From Callorhinchus milii (Eukaryota): a DNA stretch of 64,000 nt. The notes under the pieces are model-generated. The model was not told the origin of the DNA and did no database searches. It saw only the letters and a list, made by a program, of their open reading frames with translations. The stretch lies in the NCBI RefSeq assembly GCF_018977255.1, contig NW_024704798.1, positions 1 to 64,000 of the forward strand, read 5' to 3'. A program made the position numbers and the translations under genes. Of this stretch, positions 1 through 12,460 are shown in pieces; within the stretch, counting starts at the first letter, position 1, and the number at the start of each line of letters is the position of its first letter.

Positions 1-2020
1 GGTCGTGGAGTTCAGGGTAAAGGAGGAAATGTGGAGTTGGATGTCATCAGCAAACATGTGGAAGTTAACCCCATGTCTGCGGATGATGTCACCAAGGGGG
101 AGCATATAGAGGGTGAAGAGGAGGGGACCGAGGACAGAGCCTTGAGGGACACCTCACGAGACAGTGCGGGGGACGGAGGAAAAACCATTTGAGGAGACAA
201 AGTGAAGACGGTGGGAGAGGTACGAACTAAACCACTCAGGGACAGGGCCTTGAAGGTTGAGGTGGGAGGACAAGCGGTGGAGGAGGATAGCGTGTTCGAC
301 CGTATCGAATGATTCCGATAGGTCGAGGAGGACGAGGAGGTAGAGGAAGCCCTGGTCACAGATGGTCAGGATGTCATTGGTGAACTTGACCAGGGCAGTT
401 TTGTGCTATGGGCAGCACCGAAACCCGATTGAAGGGATTCGAATTGTGAATGGTTGGAGAGGAAAGAGCGCAGCTGGGAGGCGACAACTCGTTCCAGGAC
501 CTTAGATAGGAAGGGAAGGTTGGAGATGGGTCAGTAGCTTGTTAGCTGCGACGCATCAATGGAGGGTTTCTTCAAGGTGGGAGTGATGGTCGCAGTTTTT
601 ATGGGAATAGGAACAGAGGCAGAAGAGAGGGACAGGTTGACGATGTCTGCGATATGTGGGGTAAGGAGCTGGAGCTGGGAGATAAGTAGTGAAGGGGGGA
701 TGGGATCAAGGGAGCAGGTGGTTGGTTTTAGGGATAGGATGAGTTTGGTGACAGAGGGTGGGGGTGAGGAGCGAGAGTAGGAGACAGTACGGGAGGTGAT
801 AGGGGCAAGAGTGTCGAGTGTGGAGGAGATAGTGTTGTGGAGGAGGGTGAGAGCAGAAGAGGGGTCGGTGAGGTTTGAAGTCCAGCGGAAGAGGAGTTCA
901 GAGGAATCCAAGGCTGCGGTTCTGGATTGAGGTGGTAACTTCTTAAAGGGGCGGTAGAAGATGGTGGTGGGTCTGGTGGAGGTGGGGAAGGGGGAGGAGC
1001 TGGTGAAGGAGATGAAGTTGTGGTCGGAGATGGCCTTGTCGGTGATGGTGACATACGAGACACTGAGGCCCCGGGTGATCACCAAGTCGAGTGGGTGACC
1101 GTGACTGAGTGGGTGAGTTGATATGGAGGGAGAGGTTGAGCGAGGAGAGCAGGAAAGAGAAATCTGAGGAGACTGAGCAGGAGGGGGTGAAGTGCAGGGT
1201 AACGTCGCCCAGGATGATGAGGCAATCAGAGCAGAGGCAGACAGTTGTAAGTAGTGTCGAAATATCTGAGATAAAGGTGGGAGAGGATTTGGGGGGCCGG
1301 TAGAGGAGGAGGAGTTTAAGTGAGAGGAAGGGTGGTTGGGTGAGGGTGAGGTGTTCAAAGGAGGGGAAACAGCCAGAGGAGTAGGGGGAAAGGGCAAATG
1401 GTGTCCTTGAGATAAGGGCAAAACCACCGCTACGGCGTTTGGGGCGAAGGTGGGATGTGCAGCCGGGTGGTGTGGCCTCCGTGAGTGGGAAGGTGTCGCA
1501 TGTGGTGAGTCAGGTTTCCGTTAAGGACATGATTCAACGTTTTCATCAAGAATGGGATCGTTGATGACCAGTGCCTTGTTACAGAGGGAGCGGACGTTTT
1601 GTAGTCCGATGTGGATGGACCGGTTGACAGAAGGGTCTGTGGTAGAGGAGGGGGGTCCAGGTTGTGTGGCAGCGGTGGGGGAAATGCTGATAAGGGAGGA
1701 AAGGTTGGCTCCCAGGGTCTGTGTCCGGGGTGGCTGGCGAGTGCGGTGGGGAATGGGGCAGTCGGTGGATAGCCAACGCCGAGTGCTACGGTGAGACCGG
1801 CCGGCGGAGGGGTACCAGGCTGGAGCAGAGGGACGTTGCGGGAGGGTCAAGTGGGCATATAAGGCGAGCGGGACGGAAAGAGAGGAGGAAAGCGCGGGAA
1901 AGATGCAGAGGGGGGAGGGTTTGGGGGTAGAGAGGAGGGAGGAGGGAGGGAGGGGGTGAGGGGGCTCGGGTCAGAGCGGCAGCCATATTGCGCACGCGGG
2001 GACCGGGAACAAGCGGTCGG
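1..2020 (-). mobile_element. L2-clade LINE fragment (endonuclease + reverse transcriptase, frameshifted and internally deleted)
   Basis: Minus strand near 1-150 reads [36 protein letters not shown] (RT core); ~1620-1530 reads IHIGLQNVRSLCNKALVI (APE N-terminus); 531-1427 ORF has GHPLDLVITRGL...SDHNFISF and TCSLDPIP motifs. Confidence 0.9.
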
Positions 2021-2029
2021 GTGGATTAA

Positions 2030-3615
2030 TGCCACCATTATAGTCCACACATGCAACCATTACAATCCAGTCATATCACAATTACGGTACAGTCATGTCA
2101 CTATTAAAGCCCAGTCATGTCACCATTAATATCCAATCATGTCACCTTTTCATTCCAGTCATGCCTCAATTAGAGTCCATTCGTGTCACCGTTACCGTCC
2201 GGTCATGCGACCGTTGCAGTCAAGTTATGTGACCAAAAGAATCAAGTCATGTCACAATTTCACTCCAGTCATGTCACCAATACATTCTCTCATGTCAACA
2301 TTACAGTCCAGTCATATCAACTTTATAATCCAGTCAAGCCACCATTGCAGTCGAGTTGTTTCAACATTACAGTCCAGTCATTTCACCATTGCAGTACAAT
2401 CTTTTCAAAATTACAGTCCAGTCGTGTCACAATTATAGTGCAGTCATGTCACCATTACAGTCCTTTCATTTCACCACTACAGTCTCGTCATGTCACCGTT
2501 ACAGTCCAGTCATGTCAGCATTACATCCAGTCATGTCACCATTACAGTCCAGTCATGTCACAATTACAGTCCATTCATGTTACCATTGCAGTCCAGTCAT
2601 GTCACCGTTATAGTCGTTTCATGCCACCATTGCAGTCGAGTCATATCACCATCACAGTCCAGTCATGCAAAGATTGCATCCAATCTTGCCACCATTAAAG
2701 TCAAGACATGTCAATGCAACACTCCAGCCATGTCATATTTACAGTACATCCATAAGAGACCTTTCGTGTCACCGTTACAGTCCGGTCATGAAACCGTTGC
2801 AGTCAAGTTATGTCACCATTAGACTAAAGTCATGTTACAATTACAATCCAGTCATGTCACCAATACATCCTTTCATTTCACCATTACAGTTCAGTCATGT
2901 CAACTTTATAATCCAGTCATGCCAACATGGCCAACGAGTCATTTCACCATTACAGTCCAGTCATGTCATCATCACAGTCTTGTCATGGCACCATTACAGA
3001 CATGTCATGTCAGCATTGCAGTCCAGTCATGTCAACATCAGAGTGCAGTCATACGACCATTGCAGTCCAGGCATGCCACAATTACAGTCCAGTCACGTCA
3101 TCATTACAGTCCATTCATTTCATCATGACAGTCCAGTCCTGTCACAATTATAGTCCACTCATGCCACCATTACATTCCAGTCATGTCACCATTACATTCC
3201 TGTCGTGTCAAATTTACAGTCCAGTCATGCCACCGTTGCAGGCCAGTTATGTCAGCATTACAGGCACGTCATGTCACCATTTGAGTCCAGTCATGTGACC
3301 ATTACAGTCCAGTCAAGTCACTGCTCCAGGCCAGTCGTGCCACCGTTGCAGTCGTGTTATGTCACCATTAATGACAAGTAATGTCACCATTACTCTCCAG
3401 TCATTTCACCATTACAGTCGAGTCATATCACTGTTATAGTCCAGTGATGCCAGCATTGCAGTCGAGTCACGTCACGATTAGATTCCATTAATGCGACCAT
3501 TACAGTCCACACAAGTAACAGTTACAATCCAGACATATCATCATTAACGTCCAATCATGTCACCATTAATTTCCAGTCATGTCACCCCGCCAGACCGATG
3601 TCACCATTTCAGTCC
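2030..3615 (+). repeat. Degenerate 22-bp tandem array, consensus CAGTCCAGTCATGTCACCATTA (roughly 70 units)
   Basis: Unit visible directly; explains the overlapping MSPLQSSHVTITVQSCHHYSPV-type ORFs in all three plus frames. Confidence 0.95.
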
Positions 3616-5139
3616 ACTGTGACAGCTTCTCCCTGTCACTGAGCATATGGGTGGGTCACAGCCACATGTCTGTGCGAGGCAGCGCCGCCTGCTGCCTGTA
3701 TCTGGTATTACGTTGTGGGGCTGATCGTGTGTGAGTGTGGGATACTGAACATATACCCACTGACATTTTAAGGTGACAATTGATTTAACATCTCTCTCTG
3801 TTCAGCTCTGTGGTGAAAATATGATTCATCTTATTTTGTTTCGTTACAGTTTTTTTGTGTGTGTCAGATCAATGACCTCTGTGCTGTTTAATTTTATTGA
3901 AGCTGGGGATTGACAACTCCTTTTTAATAACCGTTTTAAAATTTAATCGTAACGTAAGACGTTTGTGCATATCTATGTAGCTGATGAACAACAACACGAC
4001 GTCAGAACCAGTGAAATCCTTTCTCCAATGGGAACGCTGACACTGTCAGAAAATCCTTGTGTCTCTCTGTGACTCCCTGTGCTGCGACACAGTGACAATC
4101 TGCCGGAAACTGCAGCAAATACTACGCACAGAATAAAATAGAATAAAACAGCTTTTAAATGGAAGCTGCTGCTTTTAGATCAGCTCTGTACCAGCGCCTT
4201 GAATTGTCCTCCCGTCGCGAAAGGCGCTCTATCCATGTAATTTTGTTGTTGTTTTGCTGCTGTTGTTGTCTTTGCTCTGATGACTCACAGTGAAGAGGAG
4301 ATGGTGAATTTGAGTAAAATGCTGTTGTTCACTCTCAGGACAAAAGAGTTATTGAGAGAAATGGTCAGTTTCACAAATCGGTGCGAGTGCAGGAAAGGCA
4401 ATTGCCCAAAGTTCCGCCATGCCAGCAATCGATCCCAAGCCAATCTCTTCTCGGCCACAGCTCCTAACCTCTGAGTTACTGTACTCCGCTTCAATGGTAC
4501 TATGTTGAACATGATTCCTTTGCTCACGTCAGAAATCAAGCTATCATTTCACCATTTCTAAACTGACAGTCTTGCTGCTCAACGGTTCTCATCGCCAATG
4601 TCAGACTGTTCGTAGATTATTATCATTGATAACGCCCATTTTATGTTACTTTCCTACAATCAGCTGGCGGGAGGTCATCACTGTGCATTGGTGTTGGGAA
4701 TTATCTAATTGGTTAGCATTAGATTGGGGCTGGTGTAATGCAATGTGTGATTGCTGGAGATGATGGTTAGACTGTGGTTGAGCAACGAGTTCAAAGCTGG
4801 AGATGAGGATAATTTTGGATGAGCTGGGGAGGTTGGAATCATCTTGTCCATTTTTATGTGCGGAAGCTGGTGCTCAGCAAGCCCGTGATGTTCCACAAAA
4901 AACTGTGCAGAATCTCTCCACCGCTCCTCACCAGAGCACTCCCCTCCCCCCCACCGCCCCACCCTTCCGCCACCCACCACCGTTGACCTGCAAACGTGTC
5001 CTCCACTAATAATTACTGATTTCTCTCCGAAACGTTGTTATCGAATCGGCTTCCACAATCTCCTCAAGTAATGCGTTCCAGGTTCGAACAACTAGCTTTG
5101 TAAAAATACATTCCCATGACATCCTCTCAAACCCCCCCA

Positions 5140-5495
5140 ACCCCCACCTCTGCGAACTCCTAACGCCGTAATATCCTGCTCGCTCCCTCGGCTCAACGGG
5201 CTCAGGACTACTTCACATCCCCCGCCTCGCCCATCATGCCTTCCTCCACTCGGCCCGCACTCTGTGGAACTCCATCCCGCATTCCCTCCGCTTTGTCCTC
5301 TCCATTGCCACCTTCAAGGCCCTTTCGAATAGCTGTCTCTTCGACCGTGCTTTCGTTCTTCCTCTACCCGACTGCCGTTCACCCTACCCGTACCCGAATC
5401 CCCTCTCGGATCTGTAGATCTTTCTATCCGGCGCCTGGGACTTCCCACTGATGTGAAAGACGCTTTTGAAATGAAATTGTGTTGTTGTTGTTTCT
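5140..5495 (+). mobile_element. L2-type LINE 3' end with (TTG)n tail
   Basis: C-rich LINE C-terminal-like sequence (ACTCTGTGGAACTCC) ending ...GTGAAAGACGCTTTTGAAATG followed by (GTT)n. Confidence 0.6.
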
Positions 5496-5639
5496 TTGAA
5501 CAACTACTATAATCGATGTCCTCGGTTTACCGACAAACCTTCCAGTAGAGTTAGTTTCACCTTGTTCACGCTCTCGATATCTCGTAATTTTCAAAACTTT
5601 TATTCAGTCTCCTCTTTATATTCCCTGCTCCAAGAGGAA

Positions 5640-6030
5640 TAATCTTAATTTGAATAGCTGCTCCTGATTATTGAAGTCAATCTTCAATGCCGTGTCATCT
5701 CTCCTAAAGCGCAGAGTCCAGAATTGAACACAGTCTCCAGCTGAGGCTTAATCACTATTTTATAACGTTTCATCACAACTTCCTGACTTTTGTATTGTGT
5801 GCCCCTATTTGTAAAGCCTTGTATGCTTTTTGACATCTTTATCTACCTGTCCTGCTACCTTCTAATATTTACTTATATTAATTCCCAGTTCTTTCTATTC
5901 CTTCATCTCCTTTAAGACTCTAGCATCTAGTTTGCATTGCATCTACAAATTATTCCTCCAAAAATGTATCTCTGTGCATTTCTCCGCATTAAACTTCATC
6001 TGCCACATGTCTGCCTTTGATTTTGCAGTC
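5640..6030 (-). mobile_element. CR1 LINE RT 3' fragment
   Basis: Reverse complement of CTCCTAAAGCGCAGAGTCCAGAATTGAACACAGTCTCCAG resembles the CR1 LEYCVQFWAPHFRKD motif, seen more intact at 42750. Confidence 0.65.
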
Positions 6031-6059
6031 CTTTGATGTGCTATTCACTGTTTACTGTA

Positions 6060-7105
6060 TTTCCAACCTCAGCATCATCTTCACCCAGTGCTGAGGGTGG
6101 CGATGATTGTGTATGCTTGTGTGTGTGCGTGTGTGTGTGTGTGTGCTTGTGTGTGTGTCAGACCTTGCAATTTGCCCCCAGTGCAGAGGATGGCGTTGAT
6201 TGTGTATGCTTGTGTGTGTGTGTGTGTGTGTGTGCATGTATTTGTCTCAGAGGCTGTAATGTGCACCCAGTGCTGAGGGTGGCGTTGATTGTGTATACGT
6301 GTGTGTGTGTGTGTGTGTGTGTATGCATGTGGGTGTGTCAGAGGCTGTAATGTGCCCCCAGTGCTGAGGGTAGCGTTGTTTGTGTATGCTTGTGTGTGTT
6401 TGTGTGTGCGTGTCTGACCTTGCAATTTGCCCCCAGTGCTGAGGGTGGCGTTGATTGTGCATGCTTTTGTGTGTGTGTGTGTGTGCGTGTGTGTGGGTCA
6501 CAGGACTTAATATGACCCAATGCTCAGTGTGGCGCTGTTATTGTGCGTGTTTGTGTGTGGCTGTTTATGTCAGCGCCGGTAATGTGCTCCCAGTGCTGAG
6601 GTGGCGCTGTTGGTGTGTGTGTTCTTATTCAGAACCTATAATGTGCCAACAGTGCGAAGAGTCCCGGTAGTTGTGTTTGTGGGTGTGTGTGTGTGTGTCA
6701 GAGCCTGTAATGTGTCCCCAGTGCTCAGGGTGGAGCAGTCAGTGTATGTGTTTGTGTGTGGCTTTGTGGGTCAGAGCCTGTAATTTGCTCCCCGTGTTGA
6801 GGGTGTAGCCCTCTGTGTGTGAGTTTGTGTTCGTTTGTTTCAGAACAAGTAATGTGTCCCCAGTGCTCAGGAAGGCGCTGTGGTTGTGTGTTTGTGTATG
6901 TCTGTGTGTGTCAGAGCTTGTAATCTGCTCCCATACCTGAGGGTAGCGCTGTTTGTGACTATGTGTGCGTGTGTGCGTGTGTTTGTGTGTGTGTCAGAGG
7001 CTGCAATGTGCCCCCAGTGCTGAGAGTGGTGCTGTTTGTATGTTTGTGTGTGTGTGTATGCATACGTGTGTTTGTGTGTATGTTTTTGTGTGTATGTGTG
7101 TGTGT
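6060..7105 (+). repeat. ~60-bp minisatellite with an embedded (GT)n tract (GTCAGAGGCTGTAATGTGCCCCCAGTGCTGAGGGTGGCGTTGATTGTGTATGCTT(GT)n), about 17 units
   Basis: CCCAGTGCTGAGGG recurs about every 60 bp. Confidence 0.9.
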
Positions 7106-7127
7106 CAGGGCCTTTACAGTGAAATTC

Positions 7128-7442
7128 TGTAGCTCAGTGGTTACTGCACTCGCTTTACAAGTGAGAGACCTGAGTTCAATTCCAGGCAGAGGGCGAAACC
7201 TTGGGCAAGTTTCCTTACTCCACACAGAGCCTAATAATAATCCCTCCAAAACCAAAAACAATAATAAATTGGTCATTTTCAATCCACGACTGTTCGTGGG
7301 ACATTGCTGTGCGCAATTGGCTGCCGCTTTCGCCCACAAATATACAATCAACTCACTTTACAGTATATTCTCTGAAGCGCTTTGGGACGTCCTCCCGACG
7401 TGAAAAGCGCTATATCAAATGCTAGGATTATTATTATTATTA
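7128..7442 (+). mobile_element. Near full-length tRNA-derived SINE (Deu-like core, L2-like 3' tail, (TTA)n end)
   Basis: tRNA-like head TGTAGCTCAGTGG...GAGTTCAATTCC; core GGGACATTGCTGTGCGCAATTGGCTGCCGC; tail AAGCGCTTTGGGACGTCC...AAGCGCTATATCAAATGC(TTA)n; near-identical copy at 62660. Confidence 0.9.
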
Positions 7443-10400
7443 ACCTCAGAATATCTGGGAATGGTGGATAGTCTGATCTGATCCATCAGAGCAGTTCAAT
7501 CAAATCTGAGGCATCACCTGATAGAAGGACCTCAAATGATCGAGGGTTTTGACATAGGAAATATAGAGACACGATTCCCACTGCAAAGCAGTGACTAACT
7601 GATTGGAGCGCTTGAGACTGTAACCCGTGTTGAGAGCGCTATATATGTGCAAGGTTTTGTTGCTGTGACTGTGTTCATTTAGATGGCTAACAAAAATGAG
7701 CAAACGGCGATGTCCACAGATTATTTTTCTGTCACAGAGTCGTTAGGATATGGAATTGATTGTCGGGAGCAGCGTTTGTGCAATAATTCATTTTATAAGT
7801 CAAAGGAGAGTCAGAGACAAAACTAAAAAGGAGTCAAATATAGGGCATTAAAATGCGATCAAAAGGATTGATCTTAAAACAACCAACAGACATACAGTGG
7901 AGCAATTTACCTTTTCTATGCTGTAAATGCTTTTGGTTCTATGATCAAGAGAATAATGAACACTCCCAATTATTATTATCTCAGATATTGGTTCAAACAA
8001 TGTAGCTTTTCTTAAAAAAATTCTGTTTGCACACATGCAATACACAAGGTTCCCATGCAGAATATAATAATCTTTGTACGTTATACAGCGCCTTTCATGT
8101 GCGGAGGATGTTTTAACCGCTTCATGTGATTTACTGCAGAGTTTAGTGACTGTACTTTCCAGGCGAATGCCACGTAGCTTTTAAGTGTGTTCCATATGGT
8201 CGCAGTTTAGCCTCTGACACAGTGATTGAGTGCACACATATCAATTGCAAGAATTATTATTATTATTACGATTTTGAACTCCTAGAGTCTCCGCTGAATA
8301 TTTAACAATGTGATCGTTCTCGACTGCGTTGTGAAGCTGCCATCAATATGTGCGTTACACCGAGGTTTGTCGGCCGGTTCAGTTTGAGGTTAAAAATCTC
8401 AGGGCATTATTCGAAACAAGGAGATAGATTTTCCCGGTCCTCCTGTGAAATACCTCAACAAGCTGATAATATGGCGTGTGCATTGCTAACATTATTAACA
8501 ATTAAGATAAAATAATAATAATAAAATAATAATAATAAATTGGTCATTTCAATCTCCGACTCAATGTGGGACACTGCTATGCGGATTTGTGCATCGCATT
8601 TTCCAACAACATATACAATCAATTCACTTTACAGTATATTCTGTGAAGCGCGTTGAGACGTCTTTTAGATGTGATCAGGCGCAAAATAAATGCAAGCATC
8701 ATTACCAATGTAACATGGTATTGTAAACTGGGGATTGTTGGCCTGAATACCCTGAGATATTCACTTTTGTATCAAATTAGAGTTACAGGATCTTTAACAT
8801 CCAGAGAAACGGACAGACCAAATCTCCTAAAATACAGGCGTGCAATGTATTGCAGTGTCGGCCTGGACTTGACCAGTTCCACATGCAAACATAGGGCTTG
8901 AACCCACGGCTTCCTGACTGACAGGTGAGAGTGCTGACACTGAGCCAGATTAGGGCATGCGTTTAGCCATGTAATCTGAGTTTGGTTCTCAATGTGGGGA
9001 ATAAACAAAATATTGATGGACAAAGATAAGGGTAACCTCAGCACTGAGACTGACAGAATAAAACAGTTTACTTATTTCCCAGCCCTTTGGTTTGAACATT
9101 CTTAGACATGAAATTTATAATAATTCCTGAATAATTAGGCTTCGTATTAATAGTCTCTAAAATATATTTTCAATGAGCGTTTAGAGAGGATTAATTGTAT
9201 TAAATGAAAAGGTTCTGTTCTGCAGTCACACTTGTTAACCATGTAGCTGCTAATTTACAATAAAGCTTCCATGATAAAAACTCCAAGATGTTATTTTCTC
9301 TGGTGCTGATTCACCTGCAATGTGTTTCAAATATTTGTTTTAATTCTCAAATTTACAACTTGTGTGGGAAGATTACACTTACAGACACTTTAAATATCTA
9401 AGATATTTTAGTTAAACATTAACGTGTAGAAGATGTAAGGTTTGATTTATATATATTCTGGCAATTGCCAACGGTCTGTTGTCACTTAAGATAAGTGCTG
9501 TGGTATGAAATATAAGCTGATAATGATAAAGAGATTCTATTTCCATTGGAGAATCATATCTGATCCTTTGACAATTATTTTATTTACACAGTCATAAGGC
9601 ATGAGTGGAAAATACTCAGTGTTGTTTGGTGCAGTATTTTTTAACCTGTTTGTAGCAGAAGGTTTCGGGTCAGATTCATATTAAGAGGAAACCGGTTTAA
9701 ATTAGAGTCAGAAAGTACAGGTGTTTCCTGCAAATCAGAAAATGACTTCATTTCAGATCACCACGTGGCGATTATCAATCATTTCTTGTAAATGCTGTTT
9801 GAACCGCAGTACTTGTGGCAGTAGGATTCAGTCCAGTGTTTGTTGCAGTTAATTTGTCTCATAGTTATCAATTGTATGTACATTTGTTGTATTGTAATTT
9901 GGCTTTGGTTCTGGAAGCCAGGGGAGGTGTATACGTCTCATTGGTCCTGAACTGACTCCAGGTTGGAATACTTGGGAACAAAATATGGGAAGTTAGTCAA
10001 GCCTTTGTGGTGGTCTCAATCACATCTGTTCCTGAGCCAAGTCAGTCCTTAGTATTCTATTCCCTGCTGTTGACAAACCAGCCACACTGCCTCATTGTCA
10101 GGACGAGAGAGGCAAACTGGACAAGAAAGGCATTTCAGATTCTTTCAATTTAGATCTTGTTAACCCTTCAAGGCAAATCAGTAACTTATAGGATAGTTCA
10201 AACCGGCCAAAAAGCAGGAATCAAGCCAGACGATGCATAACTTGTTAGAGCCAGTACTAAGAAATACACACTACCCCTCCTCCACCGCCCCTCCTTCACC
10301 CAAAATCACCACCACCACCAACCCACTCCCAAGTCTAACCGGAGCACACTGAGTTATGTTGAAATTATTTGTCCCCCAAACAGAGTCCTGTTTAATGTAC

Positions 10401-11249
10401 CTCTTGCTGCAAAAATGTTCCCCAACCAGCTTCCTTCTCTCTCTCTTTCCCTCTCTTTCTCTCCCTCTCTCTCTCTCTCTCTCTCAATCTCCCTTTCCAA
10501 CACACACTCACACAGTCAAGCGGGAAAACATACGTCATAACATATAATAACTTCCAACAGCAATATCCAATTTCATTAATTGAACCTCTTAGAACATCGT
10601 TCCCATTGTGGGAATGAGCCTCCTCGATCTCTGTGCTGTCTCTTGTCCAGCGCTTTCACCTTGGACACTCAGTATTGAACAGGTGCAGCCTGAAAAAGAT
10701 ATGTGCATCTTCATGATGCTTTCTGAGGATTTGGGCCTAAACTGGTTCAGGTTGTCGCCGAACATCCTGTTTGTTTTCTCAGGAGCCATATTATGGCATA
10801 GTCTGTGCTGCTGTGGCATCTCAGTGATGAACATCCTTCTCTTGTGGCAGAATAATTTTCTTCCGAGATTTCCATCACATGCTGCAAATGTTCTTGGATT
10901 TGTACACTGAAGGCCTGAACATAGTCGTGAATTAAAGGAAGAATCGTACTGGGATGATTCTCCTTAATAAGGAAAGGGTTCATGGGCCGAATTACAAAAT
11001 GGTAGAGATTTATTTTATTTATGTAACAATTGGAAATTTGATGTATTTGGCAAATCTTTGATATCAGTAGAAATACTGCTGCCAGTTGCCTGTACTTGAT
11101 ACAAGGAACTGATCCAAGACTGACTTTAAATAAATGGCTGTTTAACTGTTTCCAATTTCTGGATTCGCAAAAATTCCACATAAAATTGTAAAGCGTGAGC
11201 CAAATGAGATTCCTTCCCTGTAGGGCTCATTCTCAGCAATGGTAATGTT

Positions 11250-11490
11250 AGGAGGCGTATTGAGTGGTGTGCAAAACAGAGGACATTGCCAGCAAAAGGA
11301 TTTCAAAACAAATCTTTGAGAACACTATTTTGGATAGATAGATTTCTTATTGCTATAGGGATTAAGGAATATGGGGAAAAGGCAGGGTTCAGTTATTAGC
11401 TGGAGTTAGATTAGAAGATCAGCCATGATAGAATGGCGGGGCAGGCTCGAAGGGCCGAAAGGCCTACTGCTGCTCCTACATGTTACGTTG
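11250..11490 (+). mobile_element. CR1 LINE 3' end fragment
   Basis: Characteristic tail GATCAGCCATGATAGAATGGCGGGGCAGGCTCGAAGGGCCGAAAGGCCTACTGCTGCTCC. Confidence 0.75.
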
Positions 11491-12289
11491 TTTGTTATGT
11501 TATTTCAGTGAGGAGCAGAAATGCATGGAACAGGCTTCCTCGTGAGAAGGTGAAAGCAGAAAGTGTAGATTTTTGCATAAGCAAATGGGATAGATTTATT
11601 TCAGGAAATAATATCTTGGGAGACAGCAAAAAATTGGGGTCATGGCACGTGAATGTCACTGTGAGGATGGAGGAAGGTGAACTGGATTAGCCCTGGTTTT
11701 TTCTTGTTACTCGATTCTTATTTTCCAACTGAGCTGTTACATTGGATCAGATCAGATAAGAAGCAGATATGACTGACGGCGTTAAAAGTACTGAACGCAG
11801 GATAAACCAAATGCTTTGCTTTCATACAGCAATGTGAACTAAGGCAATGTTACACCACATTTTTGCACTAATGGTTCACTATTGATTAATAGATTTGGCG
11901 CAGAAGCTGGCTAATTAGACAACAACATTTTAAAAAATCTTGATAGCAAAATAACAAAACTGAGCTTTGAAAGATAAAGGAATATTGAGGAAATAATAAG
12001 ACAGAGAGCTGCAAATATTAATTTAGTAATAACAAACGGCAACCGTGACCGCAGAACTGTCAGACCAAATGGACTTCTGTAGAAGGTGTTTGTGTGTTTA
12101 TGTGCAATGGCGACAATTTTAAATCTTGATCGGTTAATTTTTTTCAAAATATTCAAATAGATAAAACGGCAAATCAATTGTTATACGTGTCAGTGTGGGA
12201 AATCAATCATTAAATAAAAATATGAAAGTTGTACTTATGTTTTCCTGTTTGCTTAACGTAGACAATTTCAGTAAAAAAGGGGCATTGGG

Positions 12290-12460
12290 ACGTCTTATCC
12301 CACAAAGAGTCGTGGATTGAAAATGACCAATTTTTTTGTTTTGGAGGGATTACTATCAGGCGTGTGGATTAAGGAAATTTGCCAAAGGTTTCGCCCTGTC
12401 TGGAAATGAACCCGGTGTCTCGATTGCAAGGCGAGTGCTCTAAGCACTGAGCTACAGGAC
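12290..12460 (-). mobile_element. SINE copy, same family as 7128 (5' half)
   Basis: Reverse complement of the tRNA-like head and linker (CACTGAGCTACAG at ~12445). Confidence 0.8.

Noticed and set aside
2139-3298. Many overlapping ORFs (also 50675-51820) and a CRISPR-like look
   Set aside because: They come from a head-to-tail 22-bp satellite with no unique spacers and no cas genes, in a eukaryotic context.
2030-3615. 22-bp arrays as immunoglobulin switch-like regions
   Set aside because: Not AGCT- or G-rich, and they lie far outside the J-C intron.
7128-7190. tRNA-like sequences (also near 12440, 24330, 28860, 33110, 44930, 62660)
   Set aside because: They are SINE heads, mostly continuing into the shared SINE body, and lack a complete acceptor stem; not called as tRNA genes.
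10589-11181. Overlapping ORFs on both strands with a protein-like appearance
   Set aside because: No motif or family recognised and no clear splice signals; a tBLASTx search would be needed.
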